64,000 nucleotides of DNA from positions 6-64,005 of the forward strand of contig JAJZEV010000006.1 of the NCBI GenBank assembly GCA_021805665.1, given 5' to 3'. Positions 1 through 9,882 of the stretch are shown one piece after another. The notes under the pieces were generated by a model. It worked only from the letters and a program-made list of their open reading frames with translations, did no database searches and had not been told where the DNA came from. The DNA comes from Pseudomonadota bacterium. Lineage in GTDB: Bacteria; Pseudomonadota; Alphaproteobacteria; Acetobacterales; Acetobacteraceae. The stretch's first letter is position 1; the number at the start of each line of letters is the position of its first letter. The position numbers and the translations under genes are program-made.

Positions 1-55
1 GCCCATGCTTAAGCCGGTCGACGACGGACACTTGTCTGCCTGCCATCTGGAGTAG
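1..55 (+). CDS. 3' end (partial) of oligopeptide/dipeptide ABC transporter ATP-binding protein
   Basis: Frame 2 reads PMLKPVDDGHLSACHLE* (TAG 53-55), matching the GHxxACH tail of the oligo_HPY C-terminal domain; truncated by the window edge. Confidence 0.7.
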   Translation, partial: PMLKPVDDGHLSACHLE

Positions 56-62
56 GAACGCG

Positions 63-92
63 CGGGGACGGCGATCGGACGCTACGTCCCCG
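63..92. terminator. GC-rich hairpin between convergent genes
   Basis: cggggacg (63-70) / cgtccccg (85-92) inverted repeat; no U-tract. Confidence 0.4.
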
Positions 93-111
93 GGTTAGCG
101 GAGCCGGTCGA

Positions 112-1791
112 TTATCGAGCCAGCGGACGGTACTTGATTCGATGCGGTTCCGTGGCATCCGCGCCCAGGCGCCGGCGCTTATCCTCTTCATAGGCCTGGA
201 AGTTCCCTTCGAACCATTCGACGTGGCTATCGCCCTCGAACGCCAGGATGTGGGTCGCCAGCCGATCCAAAAACCAACGATCATGGCTGATAATGACCGC
301 GCATCCGGCAAATTCCGCCAGCGCTTCTTCCAATGCCCGCAACGTATCGACATCCAGATCGTTTGTCGGCTCATCCAGCAGAAGCACGTTGTGCTCGACT
401 TTCAGCATCTTGGCGAGATGAACACGATTCCGCTCGCCACCCGACAAGATGCCGACCTTCTTCTGCTGATCGGACCCTTTGAAATTGAACGCCGCGACAT
501 AGGCGCGCGACTGTACCGCACGTTTACCCAGATAAATGACCTCCTCGCCGCCAGACACCTCCTGCCACACGGTCTTTTCCGGATCCAGGCTGTCACGAGA
601 CTGATCGACGTAGCCAAGTTTCACCGTATCGCCGATTCGCATGCTGCCTTCATCGGGCTGTTCCTGTCCCGTGATCATCCGGAACAGTGTGGTCTTGCCC
701 GCACCGTTTGGCCCGATCACGCCGACGATGCCACCGGGAGGAAGCTTGAAATTCAGCCCGTCGATCAGGATGTTGTTGCCATAGCCCTTTCGCAGATTCT
801 CGGCCTCGATCACGATATTTCCCAGGCGCGGCCCGGGCGGGATCACAATTTCCGCGATGCCCGTGGCCAGTTCCTGAGACTTCTGCAGCATCTCTTCGTA
901 TTTCGCGATACGGGCGCGGCTTTTGGTCTGTCTGGCACGAGGCGAAGCGGCGATCCATTCGGATTCCGCCGCGAGTGCCCGCTGTCGCGCGCTTTCTTCC
1001 TTTTCTTCCTGCTGCAAGCGCTTCCGCTTCTGTTGCAACCACGATGAATAGTTACCCTCGAACGGGTAACCGCGGCCACGCTCCAACTCTAGCATCCAGC
1101 CGGTGACATTATCGAGAAAGTAACGGTCATGGGTGACGACCATAACGGTACCGGCATAATCGCGCAGCGTGTGTTCCAGCCATGCGACGCTTTCCGCGTC
1201 CAGGTGGTTTGTTGGCTCGTCGAGCAACAGAAGATCAGGCTTTTCCAGCAACAGCCGGCAAAGCGCAACGCGACGGCGCTCCCCGCCCGATAACTTTGCA
1301 ACCGACGCTTCGGCGGGCGGGCAACGCAAGGCATCGAGAGCAATCTCGACCTTGCGATCCAGTTCCCAGCCATCCTGGGCGTCGATCTTCTCCTGTAGGT
1401 CGCCCTGCTCGGTTAGCAGCGCATTCATTTCCTCATCGTCCATCGGTTCCGCGAACCTGGCCGAAATCTCGTTGAAGCGAGTCAGCGCGACTTTCAGGTC
1501 CTTAAACGCCTCCTCGACATTCTCTCCAACCGTCTTGGTCGGATCGAGGGGCGGTTCCTGAGCCAAATATCCCACGGTCGCACCGGGTGCCGCCCAAGCT
1601 TCACCACCGTATTCGGTTTCAAGTCCCGCCATGATTTTCATCAATGTGGATTTGCCGGCACCGTTGACGCCCAGCACACCGATCTTCACGCCTGGAAGAA
1701 AGGACAAGGTGATGCCTTTGAAGACCTCTCGGCCACCCGGAAAGGCCTTCGTCAAATCCTTCAACACATAGACATACTGATAGCTGGCCAT
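112..1791 (-). CDS. ettA: Energy-dependent translational throttle protein EttA (ABC-F)
   Basis: Start trimmed to MASYQYVY (ATG 1791). Two ABC cassettes (GVNGAGKST/LSGGE/LLLLDEPTNHLD; GPNGAGKTT/LSGGE/LLLDEPTNDLD), PtIM linker, C-terminal FEGNF..YEEDKRRRLG...RIKY. Confidence 0.95.
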   Translation of the reverse strand: MASYQYVYVLKDLTKAFPGGREVFKGITLSFLPGVKIGVLGVNGAGKSTLMKIMAGLETEYGGEAWAAPGATVGYLAQEPPLDPTKTVGENVEEAFKDLKVALTRFNEISARFAEPMDDEEMNALLTEQGDLQEKIDAQDGWELDRKVEIALDALRCPPAEASVAKLSGGERRRVALCRLLLEKPDLLLLDEPTNHLDAESVAWLEHTLRDYAGTVMVVTHDRYFLDNVTGWMLELERGRGYPFEGNYSSWLQQKRKRLQQEEKEESARQRALAAESEWIAASPRARQTKSRARIAKYEEMLQKSQELATGIAEIVIPPGPRLGNIVIEAENLRKGYGNNILIDGLNFKLPPGGIVGVIGPNGAGKTTLFRMITGQEQPDEGSMRIGDTVKLGYVDQSRDSLDPEKTVWQEVSGGEEVIYLGKRAVQSRAYVAAFNFKGSDQQKKVGILSGGERNRVHLAKMLKVEHNVLLLDEPTNDLDVDTLRALEEALAEFAGCAVIISHDRWFLDRLATHILAFEGDSHVEWFEGNFQAYEEDKRRRLGADATEPHRIKYRPLAR

Positions 1792-2133
1792 GATCCGTCG
1801 CTTCGCTGTTTGTGGGGGTTCTACCCCGCCTTCGGGGCATTGAATAGCAAACTTAGCCCGAAGCGCGAGGCAACCGGGGAGGTTGAACAAAGTCCCGGGT
1901 TTCAACGACATCCGGAAGTTCCCGCGGGCTGTTTGGCTCCAACCCGCAAGCGGTCCCCATTCTGTCGCCGGCCAGCGCAACGCCCGGTGTCGTATTCATC
2001 TGGTACCGTCCGATCTGTGCCAACCTACAGAGGCGTGCATAGTCCGATAGCCGAGGCTCAAGAGTGGTCAGCGCCGAGAACACGCCGCGAACCTGTCCCG
2101 GAATGGCCCCGATACCGCCTCGAAGAACCCCGT

Positions 2134-3027
2134 CTACGGCCAGCGGACCTCGGGCGGCAGGCTCATCAGAATCGCGTCCACATTGCCGCCGGTTTTCAGA
2201 CCGAACAGTGTACCGCGGTCGTGGATCAGGTTGAATTCCACATAGCGTCCGCGACGGATCAACTGATGCTCGCGTTCCTCGGCGGTCCATTCCCGGTCCA
2301 TACGCCGGCGGACGATGCGCGGATAGACATCCAGGAACGCCTCCCCAACGTCGCGGGTGAAGCTGAAATCGGCATCGGCGTCGCCGGTGAAGTGATGATC
2401 GTAGAAGATGCCGCCAGCGCCGCGCGGCTCATTCCTGTGCGGCAGGAAGAAATAGCGGTCGCACCAAGCCTTGAAGCGTTCGTAGTAGTCCGATCCATGC
2501 CGGTCGCAGGCGGCTTGAAACGCCGCATGGAAGTCCGCTGCGTCGTCCTTGGCCGGATCGGTATCCAGCCGCATCGGGGTCAGGTCGCCGCCGCCGCCGA
2601 ACCAGCCCTTGGTGGTGACCAGCATCCTGGTATTGAAATGGGCGGCGGGCACCAGCGGGCTTTGCATGTGTGCCACCAGGCTGATGCCGCTCGCCCAAAA
2701 CCGCGGGTCCGCCGCCGCTCCGGGGATCTGTCCCCTGAAATCCGGGCTGAATTCGCCCCAGACGGTCGAGACGTTGACGCCGACTTTTTCGAACACCCGT
2801 CCTTTCATCGTGCTGGTGACCCCGCCGCCGCCGGCCAGACCATCCTCGGTGGGACGATTCCAGGCTGTACGTTGGAAACGTCCGGCAGGCCTATCCTGCA
2901 AGGGGCCAACGCAGTCGTCCTCGATTGCCTCGAAGGCCGCACAGATGCGGTCGCGCAGCGACTCGAACCATGCTCTCGCGGGCGCTTTCAGTGTCTCGTG
3001 GGGCACGGTGGGCGAATTTTCAGTCAT
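2134..3027 (-). CDS. hemF: Oxygen-dependent coproporphyrinogen III oxidase
   Basis: Start at MTENSP (3027); [57 protein letters not shown] motifs. Confidence 0.95.
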   Translation of the reverse strand: MTENSPTVPHETLKAPARAWFESLRDRICAAFEAIEDDCVGPLQDRPAGRFQRTAWNRPTEDGLAGGGGVTSTMKGRVFEKVGVNVSTVWGEFSPDFRGQIPGAAADPRFWASGISLVAHMQSPLVPAAHFNTRMLVTTKGWFGGGGDLTPMRLDTDPAKDDAADFHAAFQAACDRHGSDYYERFKAWCDRYFFLPHRNEPRGAGGIFYDHHFTGDADADFSFTRDVGEAFLDVYPRIVRRRMDREWTAEEREHQLIRRGRYVEFNLIHDRGTLFGLKTGGNVDAILMSLPPEVRWP

Positions 3028-3230
3028 CGGGGGCTTGTTCCTGCGCGACAGTCGGGATAACCCCCTGCTGCCAGCTTGTTGCAGAGGGCAGGGCCAGTCT
3101 CTAGACTGCGCCAAACGCCGCTGTCGGGGCAACCCGTCGGGTAACAAGGTGGTGTTCCGGGCCGGTCGAAGGGTTGGCTCGCGGTCAGACGCGCCCGCGG
3201 CCTGGCTGAACCGGTAATTCGAGGGAAAGT

Positions 3231-3797
3231 ATGGCTGATTCGTCCGCCGCCGCCCATCACGCTGCCCCAGACGGGGTGACAAAGCGCGATTTGCTGCAAC
3301 TCATCGCAGGCGCAGGCGCCGCGATCGGGGCCGGGGCCATCGCATGGCCCCTTATCGACTCCATGAACCCGTCCAAGGACGTGTTGGCGTTGTCGTCCGT
3401 CGATGTCGATCTTGCCCCGGTTGTCGAGGGGCAGGGCATCACCATCGTCTGGCAGGGCAAGCCAATTTTCGTCCGTCATCGTACCGCCGCCGAGATCAAG
3501 GAAGCGCAGGACGTTAAGCTGAGCCAGTTGATCGACCCGACGAACGGTCTGGACAGCGAGCGGGTGAAGGCCGGCCACGACCAGTGGATCATTCTGGTCG
3601 GTATCTGTACCCACCTGGGCTGCGTCCCGTTGGGCAACAAACCGTCCGATCCGCGCGGCGATTACGGCGGCTGGTTCTGCCCGTGCCATGGCAGCCAGTA
3701 CGATACGTCCGGGCGCGTGCGCCATGGGCCCGCGCCGCTGAATCTGGCGCTGCCACCATACGCATTTGAATCCGACACCAAGATCAAGGTCGGCTGA
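3231..3797 (+). CDS. petA: Ubiquinol-cytochrome c reductase Rieske iron-sulfur subunit
   Basis: CTHLGC and CPCHGS Rieske boxes, N-terminal Tat-type TM helix, RBS GAGGGA. Confidence 0.97.
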   Translation: MADSSAAAHHAAPDGVTKRDLLQLIAGAGAAIGAGAIAWPLIDSMNPSKDVLALSSVDVDLAPVVEGQGITIVWQGKPIFVRHRTAAEIKEAQDVKLSQLIDPTNGLDSERVKAGHDQWIILVGICTHLGCVPLGNKPSDPRGDYGGWFCPCHGSQYDTSGRVRHGPAPLNLALPPYAFESDTKIKVG

Positions 3798-3829
3798 TCA
3801 GCCCTCCTACCCCCTACAGGGAATCAATC

Positions 3830-5104
3830 ATGGCCGGCCTGAACAAGAGCGAATTCGCCAATCCGGTGATAAACTGGATCGACACCCGTCTGCCCATCTT
3901 CACGATGATGCAGAAGGAATACGGGGTTTTCCCGACGCCGAAGAATTTCAACTACTTCTGGAATTTCGGTGCGTTGGCGATGGTCAACCTGATGATCATG
4001 ATCGTCACCGGGATTTTCCTGGCGATGAACTATCAGCCGAACACCCAACTGGCGTTCGACTCCGTCCAGCACATCATGCGCGATGTGAACTATGGATGGT
4101 TGATCCGCTACGTTCACCAGAACGGCGCGTCGATGTTCTTCATCGTCACCTACATCCACATTTTTCGCGGCCTCTATTACGGGTCCTATAAAACGCCGCG
4201 CGAACTGCTGTGGATGTTGGGCGTGGTCATCCTGATCCTGATGATGGCGACCGCGTTCATGGGTTATGTGCTGCCGTGGGGCCAGATGTCCTACTGGGGC
4301 GCGACGGTAATCACCAACCTGTTCTCCGCCTTCCCGGTTGTCGGGCCGAAAATCGTGACCCTGCTATGGGGCGGCTTCAGCGTCGATAACCCCACACTGA
4401 ACCGGTTCTTCGCGCTGCATTACCTCCTGCCCTTCGTATTGGTCGGGGTGATCTTCCTGCACGTCGCCGCATTGCATATCACCGGGTCCAACAACCCGCT
4501 GGGCATCGACGTCAAAACACCGCAAGACACGTTGCCGTTCCATCCGTACTACACGGTGAAGGACAGCGTCGGGATCTGCGTCTATATGATCGTGTTCGCA
4601 GCGTTGGTGTTCTTCGCCCCGAACTACCTGGGCGACCCGAACAACTTCATACCCGCCAATCCGCTGGTGACACCTGCCGACATCGTCCCGGAATGGTACT
4701 TCCTGCCGTTCTACGCGATCCTGCGTTCGGTGCCGAACAAGCTGCTGGGCGTGTGCATGATGTTCGGCTCGCTGCTCGTCATGTTCGTGCTGCCGTGGCT
4801 GGATACGTCCCGCGTCCGCAGCGCCCGGTTCCGGCCGATCTACAAGTGGTTCATCCTGCTGTGGGTGGTCGCGGTCATAGTTTTGGGCGTGTGCGGGGCC
4901 CACAAGCCGGAAGGCATCTGGGTCATCCTCAGCCGGGTCTGCACGTTATATTATTTCCTACATTTCCTGGTGATCATGCCGATCCTCGGCAAGCTGGAGC
5001 GGCCGTTGCCGCTGCCGGAAAGCATCAGCAAGCCGGTGCTGGGTGGCCGTGGCGGCGGACCGATGCCCGCGGGTGCAGCCGCCAAGCCGATGGAGAAAGC
5101 GTGA
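3830..5104 (+). CDS. petB: Cytochrome b of the bc1 complex
   Basis: Heme-ligand histidines ([15 protein letters not shown]; ALHY..FLH), [18 protein letters not shown] motif. Confidence 0.97.
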   Translation: MAGLNKSEFANPVINWIDTRLPIFTMMQKEYGVFPTPKNFNYFWNFGALAMVNLMIMIVTGIFLAMNYQPNTQLAFDSVQHIMRDVNYGWLIRYVHQNGASMFFIVTYIHIFRGLYYGSYKTPRELLWMLGVVILILMMATAFMGYVLPWGQMSYWGATVITNLFSAFPVVGPKIVTLLWGGFSVDNPTLNRFFALHYLLPFVLVGVIFLHVAALHITGSNNPLGIDVKTPQDTLPFHPYYTVKDSVGICVYMIVFAALVFFAPNYLGDPNNFIPANPLVTPADIVPEWYFLPFYAILRSVPNKLLGVCMMFGSLLVMFVLPWLDTSRVRSARFRPIYKWFILLWVVAVIVLGVCGAHKPEGIWVILSRVCTLYYFLHFLVIMPILGKLERPLPLPESISKPVLGGRGGGPMPAGAAAKPMEKA

Positions 5105-5865
5105 TGGGCAAGCTGCGTACAATCCTGGCCGGCGTATTCGCCGCCGGCCTGCTCGCCGCGCCGGTTGTCGCGGAAGAAGAGTCCGCGATGCCCAACCTGA
5201 ACTGGAGCTTCGACAAGATATTCGGAACCTACGACCTCGCCGCTGCTCAACGCGGATTCCTGGTCTATTCGAACGTCTGCTCGAACTGCCATTCGATGAA
5301 GCTGATGCACTACCGCGACCTTTCGGGCATCGGGTTGGAGCCGGAGCAGATCAAGGCGATTGCCGCGGGTGTTACGGTCCCGCAGGGCGTTGACGATCAA
5401 GGCGCACCGAAGGATGGTCCCGCCACGGCGGCAAGCCAGTTCAAGTCGCCATTCCCCAACGACCAGGCGGCGCGCGCAGCCAACGGTGGGGCGCTACCGC
5501 CCGATCTGTCGCTGATTGTGAATGCTCGCGAAGGCGGTCCAAACTACATCTACGGTATCCTGACAGGGTTCGTCCCAGCGCCATCCAGCTTCAAAATGCA
5601 GGACGGGATGTACTACAACAAGATGTATCCCGGCCATCAAATCGGCATGCCGCAGCCGCTTCAGGATGGTACCGTCGAATATACCGACGGCACCAGCAAC
5701 AGCCTGGATCAGGAAGCCCATGACGTCGTGACATTCCTGTCCTGGGCCGCCAACCCCGAACTGGTAGAGCGCAAGCAGATCGGCGTTCGCGTCATTCTGT
5801 TTTTGGTGTTCATGACCGGCATCACCTATGCCGTGAAGCGCAAAATCTGGTCGGACGTGCATTGA
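5104..5865 (+). CDS. petC: Cytochrome c1
   Basis: ATG overlaps the petB stop (TGATG); signal peptide, CSNCH heme motif, PPDLS, C-terminal TM anchor. Confidence 0.96.
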   Translation: MGKLRTILAGVFAAGLLAAPVVAEEESAMPNLNWSFDKIFGTYDLAAAQRGFLVYSNVCSNCHSMKLMHYRDLSGIGLEPEQIKAIAAGVTVPQGVDDQGAPKDGPATAASQFKSPFPNDQAARAANGGALPPDLSLIVNAREGGPNYIYGILTGFVPAPSSFKMQDGMYYNKMYPGHQIGMPQPLQDGTVEYTDGTSNSLDQEAHDVVTFLSWAANPELVERKQIGVRVILFLVFMTGITYAVKRKIWSDVH

Positions 5866-5869
5866 TCCC

Positions 5870-6739
5870 ATGACCCAACCCGTTATCGGCATTATCGGTG
5901 GCTCTGGCCTGTACGATATAGATGGGTTGGAGGATAAGGTTTGGCGGCGGGTCGAAACCCCTTGGGGCGATCCGTCCGACGAACTGCTGTTCGGGCGCCT
6001 CGGCGGCGTTGAGTGCGTATTCCTGCCCAGGCATGGGCGCGGGCATCCAACGTCACCGACCCATCTTAACTACAGGGCGAATATCGACGCCCTGAAGCGC
6101 TCGGGTGTAACAGACGTGCTGTCGCTGTCCGCCGTTGGCAGCCTGAAGGCCGATTTACCCCCCGGCCATTTCGTGGTCGTGGATCAGTTCATCGACCGCA
6201 GCTTTGCCCGCGAGAAAAGCTTCTTCGGCGACGGTATCGTCGCGCATGTCTCGATGGCGCATCCGGTCTGCACCCGGCTCGGCGATGCGTTGTATGCTGC
6301 CGCTTCCGGCCTGTCGCTGCCGGTGACCCGTGGCGGGACATATCTGGTCATGGAAGGCCCGCAGTTCTCCACCAAGGCCGAGAGCGAGCTTTACCGGTCC
6401 TGGGGGTGCAGCGTCATCGGCATGACCAACATGCCAGAGGCCAAACTGGCTCGGGAAGCCGAACTTTGCTACGCCACTGTCGCGATGGTGACCGATTTCG
6501 ACTGCTGGCATCCAGACCACGACCACGTTACCGTCGAAGCGGTGGTGCGCGTCCTGTTGAGCAACGCCGACAAAGCACGCGACTTGGTAAAGGCAATCCT
6601 TCCCGTGGTTGGTCAAAGCCGCGAACTATGCCCTTGCGGTTGCGATCGTGCGTTGGCTAACGCCGTCATCACGTCGGCCGATCGCCGCGGTGCAGACTTG
6701 GCCGCCAAACTGGACGCCGTGGCCGGCCGGGTTCTGTAG
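5870..6739 (+). CDS. mtnP: S-methyl-5'-thioadenosine phosphorylase
   Basis: IGIIGGSG, FLPRHG, NYRANI, EGPQFSTKAES, IGMT, MVTDFDCW motifs. Confidence 0.93.
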   Translation: MTQPVIGIIGGSGLYDIDGLEDKVWRRVETPWGDPSDELLFGRLGGVECVFLPRHGRGHPTSPTHLNYRANIDALKRSGVTDVLSLSAVGSLKADLPPGHFVVVDQFIDRSFAREKSFFGDGIVAHVSMAHPVCTRLGDALYAAASGLSLPVTRGGTYLVMEGPQFSTKAESELYRSWGCSVIGMTNMPEAKLAREAELCYATVAMVTDFDCWHPDHDHVTVEAVVRVLLSNADKARDLVKAILPVVGQSRELCPCGCDRALANAVITSADRRGADLAAKLDAVAGRVL

Positions 6740-6742
6740 TCG

Positions 6743-7333
6743 CTATTTGTTGGCGGTTTCGGCGGATTTTGGCGCAGTCATGGCTTTTGTGTCGGCGACT
6801 GCTCTCTCGATCTCGGTTGGGCTGGCGTCAGCCGCCCCGGCGCCCAATTTTACGTCGCCATTCGGCTGCGGCAACGTGATTGGCTTCACCACCACCGGTG
6901 CGACACCCTTTTCCTTGATGTCGATTTTGTCCGCTACCTTTGGCGCCAGATCGACGACTCGTCCATTCACATAGGGCCCGCGATCCTCGATCTTGACCGT
7001 AGCGCTTTTGCCGTTGTCCAGATTTGTGACCGTGGCGACGCTGCCCAGGGGCAAAGTCTTGCTGGCCGCGATGTCGGCGTTTGGGTTCATCCGGCGGCCG
7101 TCAGCCATCTTTCGGTTGGCGAAGCTCTTGGCATAATAAGATGCGCGACCGGATTGCTTACGCCCGGAATCATCGATGTGCCCGGCCGGCGCAGGCGGTA
7201 GAGACGGCAATTTATCCAGTCGAACCGCCTCCTGCTTCGCCTCCGGGCTGTCGGCCCCCATAGGTTCAGTTGCCTTGGCAGCGACCGGGCCACCCATCCC
7301 TAACATCAAAATCGCCACCTTCCAGCCTGTCAC
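6743..7333 (-). CDS. rlpA: RlpA-like double-psi beta-barrel protein (lytic transglycosylase family), no SPOR domain
   Basis: QSGRASYY, ASKTLPLGS, V.I.DRGPY..GRVVDL motifs; start set at GTG 7333 ahead of a signal-peptide-like stretch. Confidence 0.82.
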   Translation of the reverse strand: MTGWKVAILMLGMGGPVAAKATEPMGADSPEAKQEAVRLDKLPSLPPAPAGHIDDSGRKQSGRASYYAKSFANRKMADGRRMNPNADIAASKTLPLGSVATVTNLDNGKSATVKIEDRGPYVNGRVVDLAPKVADKIDIKEKGVAPVVVKPITLPQPNGDVKLGAGAADASPTEIERAVADTKAMTAPKSAETANK

Positions 7334-7362
7334 CGTGCTTTTCCCGATCCGTGCGTAAAAGA

Positions 7363-7387
7363 GACGCGTGGATCGGCAGGCGGTTCC
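7363..7387 (-). promoter_or_regulatory. sigma-EcfG (general stress response)-type promoter of the rlpA-like gene
   Basis: Minus strand reads GGAAC-N16-CGTC, close to the alphaproteobacterial GGAAC-N16/17-CGTT consensus, about 30 nt upstream of the GTG. Confidence 0.5.
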
Positions 7388-7493
7388 AATCACAAGTTCC
7401 GACACTGTCCGGGAGCACAAGAGTTCGTGACACCGAATGACCCGAACCGGTATAGTACGTGGCGGCTTGTCGCACCGTCATTCGGGGGTTTGC

Positions 7494-7652
7494 ATGCTCG
7501 ATCTGGCCGGCATCATGTTCAGTTCGATCATGATGATGATTGTCATCATGCGGGCGGTGCGGCTGGACCGGACGCTGCCTTGGTTTCAAGCGGTCAAGCG
7601 CAAGGCGACGGTGGTGGCGAAACAAGACAGCCCCTGGCGCCGGCAATCCTGA
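7494..7652 (+). CDS. Small (52 aa) single-TM membrane protein
   Basis: MLDLAGIMFSSIMMMIVIMRAVRLDRTLPWF...: hydrophobic helix then basic tail; GGGGG RBS-like; 21 nt upstream of the ligase gene. Confidence 0.6.
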   Translation: MLDLAGIMFSSIMMMIVIMRAVRLDRTLPWFQAVKRKATVVAKQDSPWRRQS

Positions 7653-7673
7653 GACCTATCGGGAAGCGGGACC

Positions 7674-9086
7674 GTGCTTCGCAGTATCTGGCTGCTGTTT
7701 GTCTATTTGTCGTTCCTGGGATTGAGCACCTCGGCCCCATTCGTGGCAACACTGGGATACGTGTGGGTAGATACGTTCCGGCCCCAGGATGTCGCCTATA
7801 TCGTTCTGAACCAGATACCCGACGCCATGATCATGGGCATCATTGCCTTCGGCGGCTATTTGGCCATGGATCGCCGCGATCCTCCGCGGCTGTCAACCGA
7901 GACGGTGCTTCAAATCTGTCTGGTGATCTGGGTCAACCTGACGATGATTTGGGCACAGGCGCCCGATGCCGCCTGGACCAAGTGGGATTGGGCAGTCAAG
8001 ACACTGGCGTTTTCGGCGTTTATTCCCCTGGTGATACGCTCCCGCGTCCAAATTGAGGCATTCGCACAGACCTATGTGTTCTCTCTCGCCGCGAACTTCG
8101 TCCCGTTTGGCTTGAAGACCCTGATTTCGGGGGGCGGTTACGGTACCAACCTTGGTTTAGCGCAGGGCAACAGCGGTCTGGCAGAGGGTGGCCTGCTCTC
8201 CACGGTGTGTCTGATGGCGGTGCCACTGGCGATATATCTCGGGCGGCACAGTCTGCTCATTCCCCGCAACAAGTTGATGACACTGGCCTATTGGGGCGTT
8301 GCCGCGCTTGCGGTCGTGACCGCGATCGGCACGTATGAGCGTAGCGCGCTTGTGGGGCTGGTTGTCCTGGGCGCGTATATGTGGATCCGGACGAAGCATA
8401 AATTCGCCATGGGGCTGGTCGGCGTTGTCGTCGCGGTCATGCTCATTTACACAACCGGCGCTGCCTGGAACGCCCGCGTCTCCACCATCGGCAATTTTGA
8501 GCAGGAGAACTCTGCCTACACGCGTATCCTGGTGTGGAAATGGACTCTGGAGTTTACCGCCACCCATCCGCTTGGCGGCGGCTTCATGACCAACGTCATC
8601 AACCACGTAGAGGTCCCGGGGCATGACGGCGCCGGTCCGACAATCGAGTTTGGACGAGCGTTCCACAGCATCTATTTCGAGATGCTGGGGGAACAGGGGT
8701 ACCCGGGATTGGCGATGTTCCTGTCGATCACCGGCATTGCGTTCATGCGGCTTCGACGGCTGGCCAAGAAGGCCAGGGCCTACCCGGAACTGGAATGGAT
8801 TGCCGCGATGTCCGATGCGCTGCAAAGCGGACTGGCCGTTTTCATGACGTCCGGCGCGTTCGTCGGCATCGCATTCCAGCCGATGTATTGGTATTTTATC
8901 GCAATGAGTATCAGCCTCAACGCCTATATGTGGCGCGTCGAGCATCTGGAGTTGAAGCCGGAAACCGGGTGGCGCGGCATGATCGCGCAGCAGACCGCGA
9001 TCGGTGGGGCAGGTCCGGCGCCGGGAGGCTGGCGGCAGAAGCCGGCACTTTCTGGGTTGGATGGGCTGACGCCTCGTCGAAGATAA
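7674..9086 (+). CDS. O-antigen ligase/polymerase-like protein (resembles the exosortase A-associated O-glycosylation ligase family)
   Basis: About 11 TM helices; GYVWVD..RPQ N-terminus, T.ERSALVGL, S..TRI.VW, HPLGGG, RAFHSIYFEMLGEQG (Wzy_C). Confidence 0.8.
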   Translation: MLRSIWLLFVYLSFLGLSTSAPFVATLGYVWVDTFRPQDVAYIVLNQIPDAMIMGIIAFGGYLAMDRRDPPRLSTETVLQICLVIWVNLTMIWAQAPDAAWTKWDWAVKTLAFSAFIPLVIRSRVQIEAFAQTYVFSLAANFVPFGLKTLISGGGYGTNLGLAQGNSGLAEGGLLSTVCLMAVPLAIYLGRHSLLIPRNKLMTLAYWGVAALAVVTAIGTYERSALVGLVVLGAYMWIRTKHKFAMGLVGVVVAVMLIYTTGAAWNARVSTIGNFEQENSAYTRILVWKWTLEFTATHPLGGGFMTNVINHVEVPGHDGAGPTIEFGRAFHSIYFEMLGEQGYPGLAMFLSITGIAFMRLRRLAKKARAYPELEWIAAMSDALQSGLAVFMTSGAFVGIAFQPMYWYFIAMSISLNAYMWRVEHLELKPETGWRGMIAQQTAIGGAGPAPGGWRQKPALSGLDGLTPRRR

Positions 9087-9088
9087 AG

Positions 9089-9129
9089 CGATGCGACCGC
9101 CGGGCGCGATGACCCTGGCGATCGCATCG
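9089..9129. terminator. Imperfect 16-bp hairpin between convergent genes
   Basis: cgatgcgaccgccggg / ccctggcgatcgcatcg; one mismatch and one G-U pair. Confidence 0.45.
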
Positions 9130-9135
9130 GATCGC

Positions 9136-9801
9136 TTAGGCCAGATGTTTGGCGAAAAACTCCACCGTGCGGGCCTGCGCCAACTCGTAGTCGGGCTTGC
9201 TGTAGGTGCCCCGCTCGTCGCAGCCGAAGCCGTGGTGGGCGCCGTTGTAAACGTACACCTCCACCTTGGGTTGGGCGGCGCGAATCGCATCCACATCCGT
9301 CATCGGGATCGAGGCGTCTTCCTCACCAAAGTGCATTTGCACCGGGCAGTTGGCGCTTTCGTTCTTCGTGCCAGGAATGCCGCCGCCGTACCAGCAGGAG
9401 GAGGCCGCGAACTTCGTGGTGCGGGTCGCGCCCCACCACGCCACGGTGCCGCCGAAGCAGTATCCGACGATGCCCAGCTTCTTGCCGGCCAGATGGTTGG
9501 CCGCCGCCTCGACATCCTTCATCACGTCGGCGTCGTTCAGTTTCATACGAATTTCACGGCCGGCGCTCACGTCTTCCTGGGTGTAGCCCAGTTCCACGCC
9601 GCGTTGTGCCCGGTCGAACAGCGCCGGGGCGACGACGGCATAGCCAAGCGCCGCGAAGCGATCCGCCATGTCCTTGATGTGATGGTTCACACCAAAGATT
9701 TCCTGCACCACGACCACCCCCTTGGTGGCATTGGCCGGACCGGCGACATAAGCACTGAATTCAAAGCCGTCAGCCGACTTCAACTGGATTGTTTCACCCA
9801 T
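9136..9801 (-). CDS. Dienelactone hydrolase family protein
   Basis: VVQEIFGVN, GYCFGG nucleophile Cys, HFGEEDASIP, HHGFGCDER. Confidence 0.92.
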   Translation of the reverse strand: MGETIQLKSADGFEFSAYVAGPANATKGVVVVQEIFGVNHHIKDMADRFAALGYAVVAPALFDRAQRGVELGYTQEDVSAGREIRMKLNDADVMKDVEAAANHLAGKKLGIVGYCFGGTVAWWGATRTTKFAASSCWYGGGIPGTKNESANCPVQMHFGEEDASIPMTDVDAIRAAQPKVEVYVYNGAHHGFGCDERGTYSKPDYELAQARTVEFFAKHLA

Positions 9802-9836
9802 CTGGGTCCTCCGGAATGTGCGATGCTACAAATCAC

Positions 9837-9864
9837 AGAATGGCGCGGCTGACCATTCCGTCAA
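9837..9864 (-). promoter_or_regulatory. Possible sigma70 promoter of the dienelactone hydrolase gene
   Basis: Minus strand TTGACG-N16-CATTCT. Confidence 0.35.
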
Positions 9865-9882
9865 CCGCGCGGCCTGTCCAAA

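Noticed and set aside
1792-2133. Hidden gene or RNA in the 340-bp ettA-hemF gap (includes GTTGAA-N13-TTCAAC and small hairpins)
   Set aside because: No recognisable protein or RNA motif in any frame; the short repeats are not significant
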